In this document: positions 36,877-48,095 of the stretch, in pieces | Position numbering within the stretch: the stretch's first letter is position 1 | Layout: each line of letters begins with the position of its first letter | Assembly (NCBI RefSeq): GCF_023055435.1 | Contig: NW_025963857.1 | Location: 23,498,001-23,562,000, forward strand | Reading direction: 5' to 3' | Origin: Haliotis rufescens | Lineage: Eukaryota | DNA: 64,000 nt | Made by a program: the position numbers and the translations under genes | Notes under the pieces: model-generated | Told to the model about the DNA's origin: nothing | Databases searched by the model: none | The model's input: the letters and a program-made list of their open reading frames with translations, nothing else

Positions 36877-39800
36877 TTTGAGTATCTATTGAGTAACGGG
36901 AAAATCATTGTCAAGAAAGGTAAAATAGCATGTTATCGTTACTCATCTGGTAAATTCAGTTCACACCACTCATTGTGAATTATGTTATCAGTTTTACTTT
37001 CACCCGCATTCATATATTTCCCAATTTACAAGAACGTCTTATGTTACATATTCGTACTTTTATAAATTGGCTCAACATGAAGATTGAAAACAGACAGATG
37101 CGCAGCAGATGAATCAAAAATTAAAAGTATACATATATATCACAAGCAAACCTCAAAATAGTACTTGCAGTTTGGTCTTTACTCGTATCTGTGTCTCAAC
37201 GGTAGGTGAAGATAAGAGATGATGGAACAATTTCCCCCGTACTTTATATATACCATTTGTGAATTATACGTGATTGATTTACCTTGGGCTGGCCACTTCC
37301 AGGTAAGTAACGCACCTCAGCTTAATGGTGTAAAGTAAGCATTCCTTTCGCATCAAAGGGCCCGAGGTTATCACCCTACGGGTACACATGCGAGCTGGTA
37401 TTCATGAACATCGATAAAGGAAGTACAAGACAACGTATATAAAGGTGGCAAACAGACACACTCTCTCTGGCATCGTCGAACTGCATTTCAAACAGTCCTC
37501 GATACTCAATGTTTAACCTATATTATTTAGGGGCGGTCGGGTAGCCTAGTGGTTAAAGCGTTCGCTCGTTACGCCGAAGACACGGGTTCGATTTCCGACA
37601 TGGGTACAATGTGTGAAGCCCATTGCTGGTGTCCCCCGCCGTGATATTGCTGGAATATTGCTAAAAGCGGCGTAAAACCATACTCACTCACTCACTTTAA
37701 CCTATATTAAGTAAATATTCGATAATGGTCTGAAAAGTGTGTATCCAGTGAATATATCATGTGGGAGCAACATACATCAGACATTATAATGCATCGTTGT
37801 GATACGACATAACATGAGACCAGAAAACTGATGCAACACACCAGTACAGCCTCGCCACAGTACAGCAGTAGCACTGTACAACACGGGTCCGTTTCCGTGT
37901 AATACAGCAGCCTGCTCACAAGAAAATAGCTTCTGCTGAATATACTGCAGAAGTCCCCAGATACTACATTATTCTCCCCGAATTTTATTTATCTTACTGC
38001 ACAATAACTATAAACTACAACAGCTTTATTTCCTAACTGAAAGGGACATATATTGGTTTCTTCTCACAAAGGGACTGTCACTATGAATACTTTCAACAAC
38101 TTTTTATGTGTGTAGTATCTGTTAAAAGCCGAAAGTACACCAATGTCTTCTGAAAACATGATTGACATATGAACAACAGCTTGTTTTCTCGTCTTTGTTG
38201 ACTTGTCTTTGTATGTGTTTGTGACGGTGGAACCGATGGGGCAGGATACGCTTACTTTATGGCAACCGCCAGTTATCATCACTATCTGGTTGGTTAGTTG
38301 GTTAGTTGGTTGTTTAACGCCGCACTCAGCAATATTCCAGCTATATGACGGCGGTCTGTAAATAATCGAGTCTGGACCAGACAATCCAGTGATTAAAATC
38401 ATTAGCATCGATCCACGCAATTGGCATCGATGACATGCATCAACAAAGTCAGCGAGCCTGACCACCCGATCCCGTTAGTCGCCTTTTACGACAAGCATAG
38501 TCACCTTTTACGGCAAGCATGGGTTGCTGAAGACCTATTCTACCCCGGAATCCACTATCTGATAGTCATTCATACGCACATGCTTGTGATCATTATAGTC
38601 GGAATCGTACAATGGCCTTTGCTTCGAGCAGAGCTTTCGAATGATTCTGAAAAGGGTTTTGTGGCGTTTATTTGCAACTGCGTTTCTTGAGAGAACTCTC
38701 TTATCTTCAACATATCATCTTGATAATTGTACACTTCATTATCAAGGAATTTGTGATAATACGAGCATCACTAAATTTGATATCTCAATTTTTATAGATA
38801 ACGCCTGAATATTGATATAATAATCATTCAATGATGACCCTTTAACTACATAAATCGTCAACGCCAGAGAATATTCAGGCTCGATTATCTGTTGAAACAG
38901 ATTTCATTGGGTGTAAAAGGCAAGATTGTGCTAAAATGTATACTGAATATCAGTGATGTCACCAGGTGTTAGTGAATAGTTCATATTTGTTGGATGTTTC
39001 ATGAGCTCCTCCGTCCGTTCCATCGTGTGCCAAATTGGGAGAATGTTGTCTTTTGACAATGTCTCAGCCATTCATACTTTGGCATATATACTTAATCACT
39101 GTTGCAAATAACTCACGTTAACGTGTTTTAATCTTCGGCTGAGTCTTAGGTCGTAAACATTAGAAGAAAGTATATAAATCGTCTCTACCCTTTACGTATG
39201 CCCTTGACATGATGAAGCAGTAGTGATAGTGATTATTGTGTTCTTTTAAGGCGTGTTTAGACCAAAACTCTTACCAAGAATAAAACACGCGCAAATCAGT
39301 TTGACAATGTGTAACTATATAAGGTTTGCCCAGAAAAACCGTACATCTAAAAGTAAAGACGTGTGTTTTCAGAAGAAAATGCTCTTAAAGTATAACACAA
39401 AGGTGTTTTCAAAGATAGACATGATCAAACGACTTGTTTTTACAGTCTGGTTGTTGTTATAAAGACTTATGACAAGCTTTAAAGTTGAACCATTTATTCC
39501 GCTGAATTTCACTCTCTACAGTTACCAAATGCAATCTCCTTTGTATTGATAAATGATTGTCACTTCTGCTTTGTAATCAAACAATAGGGATATATTAGCT
39601 ATTTGTTTGTTCATTGTAATCTTCAATCCTACCAATCCAGTTCGGAATCTTCAAATTCGCGCTCTGATTTAATCAATATGTATTTTACAAATAGCGCCTA
39701 CAGGGAAGGTGGTTAGTAAACACACAACTAAATATCTATATAGATACTTCTCCTATTAATTACAGCATGCAAAATGTTAAATTGCATCATCAAATCAAGA

Positions 39801-40856
39801 AGTACATGTTTGATGGAAATTACAAATAATTCGTAGTTTGATAAGCTATACCCGGACAAGCGTATTTAATAGTTACTTTTGAATTCAATCGTTTTGTTTT
39901 CTCCTTTTAATTACATAAGCAGTATGCAAAATGTTAAATTGCATAATCAAATCAAGAAGTACGTGTTTGATGGAAATTACAAATAATTCGTAGTTTGATA
40001 AGCTATACCCGGACAAGCGTATTTAATAGTTACTTTTGAATTCAATCGTTTTGTTTGTGTAATTGATAAACTGTAAAGATATGTTATTGTCATGGAAATT
40101 CCAACTGTATGCATTCCCTTCTAACCAAAACAGTAAGCATCTTGCAACATTTGTTTTGATGCTCTACATCACTATGGCTTTCGGGTTTGTTTTATTGCAG
40201 CAGCTCAGATATTATTTATACAAAGCGCCATAACAACATGTAGATTGTATTCTGAATACAACTTTCGCTCATTTTCAAGGACAGCGCACACATTTGCATT
40301 TCAATACAGTGCACACTGTCTACCCCTTGATACCGTCAATGACTGCTTTGACAAAAATTGACACGCCTGCTTATTTGTTTCGCTGCATGTTTTTAAAATG
40401 CAAATTGAAATACAGACAGCCAATTCCAGATATTATGGTACTTCAAATGGCCATCAAACCCTTTCCTGGCAGCCCAAATGATACATTCCCGTGAAACATG
40501 AACTCGGGTAAGTGACATTTGGTGGGAGATATATCAAGCATAAAATCCCTCCTCTTATCATCATGTCCGGTTTCCTCAGGAACTTAATAGCACATTTCAG
40601 TAGTTGATATCTTAGCTAGCAGTAAAACGCAATATCATTGAAGTGTGCTTGGATATTGGTCGACAACACGTACTATGTCCAGAGTTTACAATATGGAGAA
40701 ACATAGATCACTCTTCCATTGTGAACATTCAATTCAGATTAAGATTTTCAAACAAATTTCAAGGCGTAAATAAATATGACAAGATTTTATTGAACCAATT
40801 CCATTGGTTTGAGAAAATACATAAATAGCCAGCATCACACTGCAGGTGATAATAAC

Positions 40857-41443
40857 TCAATAATAGCCGATACCTGAAACAAAAAAATAGTAGAATAAAG
40901 TTGGGATGTATGGATAAGTCACAACGAAGTCTTGAAACTAGCTGCATGATAAACTATACCAAATATTAGAGAAAGCAGAGAATAGTTTTAAAGATGTTTT
41001 GTAAATGTCATCAGCTTTGTCGCGGAAAATAGTAATACCACATAGGTAAATTATGCAATTTTGCAAACGAGACTGGAGGTATATTTACGGATACGATAAA
41101 CAAATGATATCATATTTTGTGAAATACCTTTTCCCAATCCAATTCCGTATCCTCCCACTCCGTAGAGACCACCATAGCCCCCGAGTCCTCCGTACAGACC
41201 TCCCATGCCGTATCCGTATTTGCCTCCGTATAGACCTCCCATGCCTCCGTATAGACCTCCCATGCCTCCGTATAGACCTCCAAGGCCTCCAAGACCTCCA
41301 AGGCCTCCGTACAATCCACCCATTCCGTAGCCAATTCCGCCCAGTCCTCCTTTCAACCCGCCAATTCCACCATACAGACCGGTAGGCTCGGCAAAGGCGG
41401 TAACAGCCAGGCAGGCAACAAGAGCGGCGACTATCTTCATCAT
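40857..41443 (-). CDS. Secreted Gly/Tyr-rich protein, copy 8 (110 aa variant); coding exons 41443-41128 and 40873-40857
   Basis: In frame. Has fewer heptad repeats and an M>V change near the C-terminus. Confidence 0.9.
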
Positions 41444-44400
41444 TTTGAGTATCTATTGAGTAACGGGAAAATCATTGTCAAGAAAGGTAAATAGCATGTT
41501 ATCGTTACTCATCTGGTAAATTCAGTTCACACCACTCATTGTGAATTATGTTATCAGTTTTGCTTTCACCCGCATTCATATATTTCTCAATTTACAAGAA
41601 CGTTTTATGTTACATATTCGGACTTTTATGAATTGGCTCAACATAAAGATTGAAAACAGACAGATGCGCAGCAGATGAATCAAAAATTAAAAGTATACAT
41701 ATATATCAAAAGCAAAATTTAAATTAGTACTTGCAGTTTGGTCTTTACTCGTATCTGTGTCTCAACGGCAGGTGAAGATAAGAGATGATGGAACAATTTC
41801 CCCCGTCCTTTATATATACCATTTGTGAATTATACGTGATTGATTTACCTTGGGCTGGCCACTTCCAGGTAAGTAACGCAGCTCAGCTTAATGGTGTAAA
41901 GTAAGCATTCCTTTCGCATCAAAGGGCCCGAGGTTATCACCCTACGGGTACACATGCGAGCTGGTATTCATGAACATCGATTAAGGAAGTACAAGACAAT
42001 GTATATAAAGGTGGCAAACAGACACACTCTCTCTGGCATCGTCTAACTGCATTTCAAACAGTCCTCGATACTCAATGTTTAACCTATATTATTTAGGGGC
42101 GGTCGGGTAGCCTAGTGGTTAAAGCGTTCGCTCGTTACGCCGAAGACACGGGTTCGATTTCCGACATGGGTACAATGTGTGTAGCCCATTGCTGGTGTCC
42201 CCCGCCGTGATATTGCTGGAATATTGCTAAAAGCGGCGTAAAACCATACTCACTCACTCACTTTAACCTATATTAAGTAAATATTCGATAATGGTCTGAA
42301 AAGTGTGTATCCAGTGAATATATCATGTGGGAGCAACATACATCAGACATTATAATGCATCGTTGTGATACGACATAACATGAGACCAGAAAACTGATGC
42401 AACACACCAGTACAGCCTCGCCACAGTACAGCAGTAGCACTGTATCACACGGGGTCCGTTTCCGTGTAATACAGCAGCCTGCTCACAAGAAAATAGCTTC
42501 TGCTGAATATACTGCAGAAGTCCCCAGATACTACATTATTCTCCCCGAATTTTATTTATCTTACTGCACAATAACTATAAACTACAACAGCTTTATTTCC
42601 TAACTGAAAGGGACATATATTGGTTTCTTCTCACAAAGGGACTGTCACTATGAATAGTCACAACACCTTTTTATGTGTGTAGTATCTGTTAAAAGCCGAA
42701 AGTACACCAATGTCTTCTGCAAACATGATTGACATATGAACAACAGCTTGTTTTCTCGTCTTTGTTGACTTGTCTTTGTATGTGTTTGTGACGGTGGAAC
42801 CGATGGGGCAGGATACGCTTACTTTATGGCAACCGCCAGGTATCATCACTATCTGGTTGGTTAGTTGGTTGGTTGGTTGTTTAACGCCGCACTCAGCAAT
42901 ATTCCAGCTATATGACGGCGGTCTGTAAATAATCGAGTCTGGACCAGACAATCCAGTGATTAAAATCATTAGCATCGATCCACGCAATTGGCATCGATGA
43001 CATGCATCAACCAAGTCAGCGAGCCTGACCACCCGATCCCGTTAGTCGCCTTTTACGACAAGCATAGTCACCTTTTACGGCAAGCATGGGTTGCTGAAGA
43101 CCTATTCTACCCCGGAATCCACTATCTGATAGTCATTCATACGCACATGCTTGTGATCATTATAGTCGGAATCGTACAATGGCCTCTGCTTCGAGCAGAG
43201 CTTTCGAATGATTCTGAAAAGGGTTTTGTGGCGTTTATTTGCAACAGTTACTGCGTTTCTTGAGAGAACTCTCTTATCTTCAACATATCATCTTGATAAT
43301 TGTACACTTCATTATCAAGGAATTTGTGATAATACGAGCATCACTAAATTTGATATCTCAATTTTTATAGATAACGCCTGAATATTGATATAATAATCAT
43401 TCAATGATGACCCTTTAACTATATAAATCGTCAACGCCAGAGAATATTCAGGCTCGATTATCTGTTGAAACAGATTTCATTGGGTGTAAAAGGCAAGATT
43501 GTGCTAAAATGTATACTGAATATCAGTGATGTCACCAGGTGTTAGTGAATAGTTCATATTTGTTGGATGTTTCATGAGCTCCTCCGTCCGTTCCATCGTG
43601 TGCCAAATTGGGAGAATGTTGTCTTTTGACAATGTCTCAGCCATTCATACTTTTGCATATATACTTAATCACTGTTGCAAATAACTCACTTTAACGTGTT
43701 TTCATCTTCGGCTGAGTCTTAGGTCGTAAACATTAGAAGAAAGTATATAAATCGTCTCTACCCTTTACGTATGCCCTTGACATGATGAAGCAGTAGTGAT
43801 AGTGATGATTGTGTTCTTTTAAGGCGTGTTTAGACCAAAACTCTTACCAAGAATAAAACACGCGCAAATCAGTTTAACAATGTGTAACTATATAAGGTTT
43901 GCCCAGAAAAACCGTACATCTAAAAGTAAAGACGTGTGTTTTCAGAAGAAATTGCTCTTAAAGTATAACACAAAGGTGTTTTCAAAGATAGACATGATCA
44001 AACGACTTGTTTTTACAGTCTGGTTGTTGTTATAAAGACTTATGACAAGCTTTAAAGTTGGACCATTTATTCCGCTGAATTTCACTCTCTACAGTTACCA
44101 AATGCAATCTCCTTTGTATTGATAAAAATGATTCTGAACAGTATCATCAAACTTGACTGAAGCAAACTTTTTTTTCCGATTATATTGGGTTATCTGTTTG
44201 TGACATCTTGAACAATAGTGAATGAGTGGGTGAGTTTGGTTTGATGCCGCTTTAAACAGTATTCCAGTTATGTCAAGGCGTGTCAGTTTAATTCAGGAGG
44301 AAAGCCGAGGTGAAACGCGTGAGCTCGGGTATGACGCCGACAAACCTAGAAACATAATCAGTATGAACCGATCCTAAACAATAGGAGACGTCATATTGCA

Positions 44401-44579
44401 TTATTCGAAAGCGTTATGCTATGGCATGACACTTAAACTGACACTGAGAATTGCTTAAATGCACATATATCAAGTTAAACTCGATTTTAAAACGTAGTAA
44501 TCAATCGATAGCAACTGACAGCAATACCGTCACTTGGATAACGTTCTAATTCCATACACAATTATTTTTATACCACACG

Positions 44580-44815
44580 GGCCCGTGAAGATCCGGGGTA
44601 GAATAGGTCTTCAAAAACCCATGCTTGGCGTAAAAGGCGACTAACGGGATTGGGTGGTCAGGCTCGCTGACTTGGTTGATGCATGTCGTCGTATCCCAAT
44701 TGCGTGGATCGATGCTCACGATGTCAATCACTTGATTGTCTGGTCCACACTCGATTAATTACAGACCACCGTCATACAGCTGAAATATTGCCGAGTGTGG
44801 CGTTAGGCAAAAAAA
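44580..44815 (+). mobile_element. SINE family B copy with complete head
   Basis: Reverse-complement match to 4361-4624; starts cccgtgaagatccggggtagaatagg. Confidence 0.85.
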
Positions 44816-45840
44816 TCAATCCTTGATCCGGACTACTTGACATGTCGGTTGAAATAATTTAAAATCATTGATAATTATAAAATTTCAACGCCAGAGAATA
44901 ATCAATCTCAATTATCTGCCGAAACAGACTCCATTGAGCGTAAAAGGCAAAATAAACTGCCAGGAAAAAGAAGATTAGAGAGATAAGATAAGACTTTATC
45001 ATCCTACAGTAAATTCATATTGCACCGTTGATGAGCACTAAAATATAAAAAAGACAATATCACATTGAAATACTGTAACGTGTGGTATGAACGGCAGGGG
45101 TTCCTGCTAATACCACAAATAACAATTACAAGAATCACACAACAATCTCTGAAGTTTAAAGCTAGATTTAATAATTAAAACAAAGATAAGTATATAACAA
45201 TTCTCAGTTACTGGGCAAGGCACTCATACACATCTATTTAGGCAAAGGAATATGGCAAATGTGCAATATAGATAATAGTCACCTCAGATTTCTTGACATC
45301 ACATTCCCAATGAATTCCATTTCACATTGTTCCAAACGTATATATCACAGTTCACAGGATAACTGGGCAACAACCGTTTCCTCCTTCGAAGCCTCGACAT
45401 GACCTTCCAACTTTGTCTCCGGACATAACGCTGGGCTGAACTGCCCTCGTTCAGTTAAACCATATTTCTCCCTCTCCAATTCTTTTTTCCTTTTTCCTTT
45501 CTATACGATAACTTGCCCTCATATAGTAAACAAATTTCAAAGTAAGCTATCTACTTCAGCACACAACAAAAGGTTGATCGGCCCATACTAATCAGTTACC
45601 AAGCCAACTCAAACTCCAATCACCACAAGCACGCTTCTCCCCCGCCAGGCAGCTTGCTTAACTCAATCAAGCATGACGCCGTCCACCCAAACTGGACCCC
45701 TTGTGAACCACACAAATATACAACGTCACTCATAACAATAAATACATAAGAAAATGAAACACTTACGCATATAACCACAAGTAAAAACATGTAGGAATTT
45801 TGACATTATCACAGTGACGATAAAGAAGCTTTTTAAAAAG

Positions 45841-45896
45841 TACACACACACACACACATACGCACACACGCACACACACACGCACACACACACACT
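45841..45896. repeat. (CA)n microsatellite
   Basis: Seen directly. Confidence 0.95.
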
Positions 45897-46129
45897 GACA
45901 TTTTGAATTAAGTATATGCCCACTTTGATTTTTAGTATCTTGAGTGCCTTTTTGACAAATTGTTGCTCATAAATATCGACGTTGTGTTGAAATTATTGTA
46001 CCTGAAATTCTGCTTGATGTATTAGCAATTTTATGTAATTTAGATGGATTTAGTTTTGTACAGGCTTCCATACCAGCTGTGGACATAACAAACTAAAGAC
46101 TAATATGCTTTCAATAAATATTCACCGAG

Positions 46130-46850
46130 ACAGTGTAGTATAAAGAAATTTAAAATACTTCAGATGCCGTAAGCAAAACGACCGCTTTTGGCCCTTGTAT
46201 AAATATGCTATGCGTTTGCATTCCAAGTAAATTCCGAATCAATAATGGTGCCAAGATACCTATATTGTCCAACTAAATCAATATTTTTGTGATCACTAAC
46301 AACAGGCAGAATTTCGGCCTCTTTTTCTAAAATCTACAATCCTTTTCTTTGTTTTTGTTTTTTTATTTAGAGTAAAACGAATTTTTCAGTTTGGGAGGGA
46401 TGATCAATTTGAGAATGCTTTGGGAATCCGAACAGTGCTGTGTCATCTGCAAACACAACGGTTAAACATTTCTTAAAGTTACTGATCATGATACATACAC
46501 AATAAATAGAACAGGAGAGAGCACACAACCCCGGAGGGCACCCGTAAATGTGAAGGTTACAGGTGATATGATACCATTTACAGTCAGAAACTGTGATCTG
46601 TTTAATAGAAAGGATTCTATCTTTTTAATAACTGTTGAATAACTTGCATGTTGGATACTTTGTGCACAGACAGATGAGGCTACATCTACACATTGTGGTA
46701 TTAAACGTAGAGGATAAACAAACAAGATTCGTACAAATGAACTGGAAATTTCAAGATGTTTGTAGATATGTATGAGTGATATCCTCTACGCCTCTTCCGG
46801 CTCTGTAGGCAAACTGAAATGGGTCAGGCCAACATGTAAATTGTCAATAA
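46130..46850 (-). mobile_element. Degenerate LINE RT fragment, Rex1/Babar-like
   Basis: Broken frames with DPFQFAYR, GRGVED, GALRGCVLSPVLFIVY, FADDTA and YLGTII. Confidence 0.75.
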
Positions 46851-47164
46851 TACGCTACCTGTTCGGCCACTGAGGCCTTATGTATTGAAGAAACAATTTA
46901 TGATCACACCATATACCACTGATGACTCGTTGTTTTCACTAGAGGAGGTTGAGTTGAGGTTTTGTTACCTACAAACAGCAGACTTTGACATATAAGGGAC
47001 GCAACTCTGCACAGAGAATTGAGGTGCCTCAGTTCACTGGGACATGTCCCTGCGATAACGCAATGTGCAGAAACAGGTACTGGATTCTTACCTCAGACTA
47101 TTTTCAGTTGGATAAGAAATCATTTTCTCTTTTTTTCTAAACATGCACCTTGTTACTGACAGAA

Positions 47165-47432
47165 GGTTTTGTTTGTTTATGTGTTGCTTGTCGCCGCACT
47201 CGGCAATATTCCACCTGTATGACGGCGGTCTGAAAATAATCGAGTCTGGACCAGAGAATCTGGTGATTGACACCATGAGCATCGATCCACGCAACTGGGA
47301 TACGATGACATGCATCAACCAAGTCAGCGAGCCTGACCACTCGATCCCGTAAGTCACCTTTTACGACAAGCATAGTCGCCTTTTACGGCAAGCATTGGTT
47401 GCTAAAGACCTATTCTATGCCGGATCTTCATT
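47165..47432 (-). mobile_element. SINE family B copy
   Basis: Matches 4361-4624. Confidence 0.85.
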
Positions 47433-48095
47433 AATTGCATAAGGACATTTCTGCGTTCATATGACAATGTCTGTTGTGATCGCAAAGTTCAACGTTTGTG
47501 TAAATTGGTTCCTGAGAAAGACACTTTTTAAAAAACAACCATGCAACCAAGTGTCGAGAAGATAAGTGTAAATTTGCTTAACTTTTTAAAATCTCAGAAA
47601 AGTACCAGGTTCATTTCTGTCAAATGGTACCTTTAATGAACCATATGTCTTCAACCAGTTCTGAGGTCTAATGGTTGGAGTGCCTGATTACTGATCAGAA
47701 GGTTGTGGGTTCGTTAACACAATTCGTGCCGTGGAAAAAGTAAAACCTCCTTAGACGCATACGATGCTATTACGGAGAAACAATTAACGTCGTCCCAAAC
47801 AGTGGTTAATATCCGTGTAGGTTTATGATAATGGCGCAGGGCGATTTTTCACTTTCGAGTAAAAATCAAGAATGATCCCTCGCCCACGCGCACGAAGGTA
47901 TTGTATTTTGCACGTGAAATGTTACGGGTGTTAGGTTTTGGTTCCGAAACTGATCCTTCCCTAGAAGTCACTGTTAACAGCTTCTTTTGACAACCGATCA
48001 TGACATTTATATTTAATGATCTCCTTCTTTCAGATATATTTCATTCTTATTTAGCATTTTTGACTGGTGTAAAATGGGGTCCCACTGATTATGAA

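Larger units (their letters stand above)
1..44133. repeat. Tandem array of ~4.46-kb gene-containing units (8 intact gene copies plus partial units), interrupted by a LINE at 27691-33238; runs to the left window edge
   Basis: Identical ORFs recur. Stop-codon spacing is 4452, 4460, 4459, 4459, 4458, then 11670 across the LINE, then 4573 bp. Similarity to the unit ends abruptly after gataaa(aa)tgatt at ~44133. Confidence 0.98.

Noticed and set aside
38064-38465. 133-aa ORF MVRLADFVDACHRCQ and similar ORFs (42658, 47088, 53463)
   Set aside because: Chance open frames through SINE family B.
45074-45840. Possible LTR fragment beginning TGTAAC
   Set aside because: No second LTR, primer-binding site, TSD or gag/pol sequence could be identified by eye.
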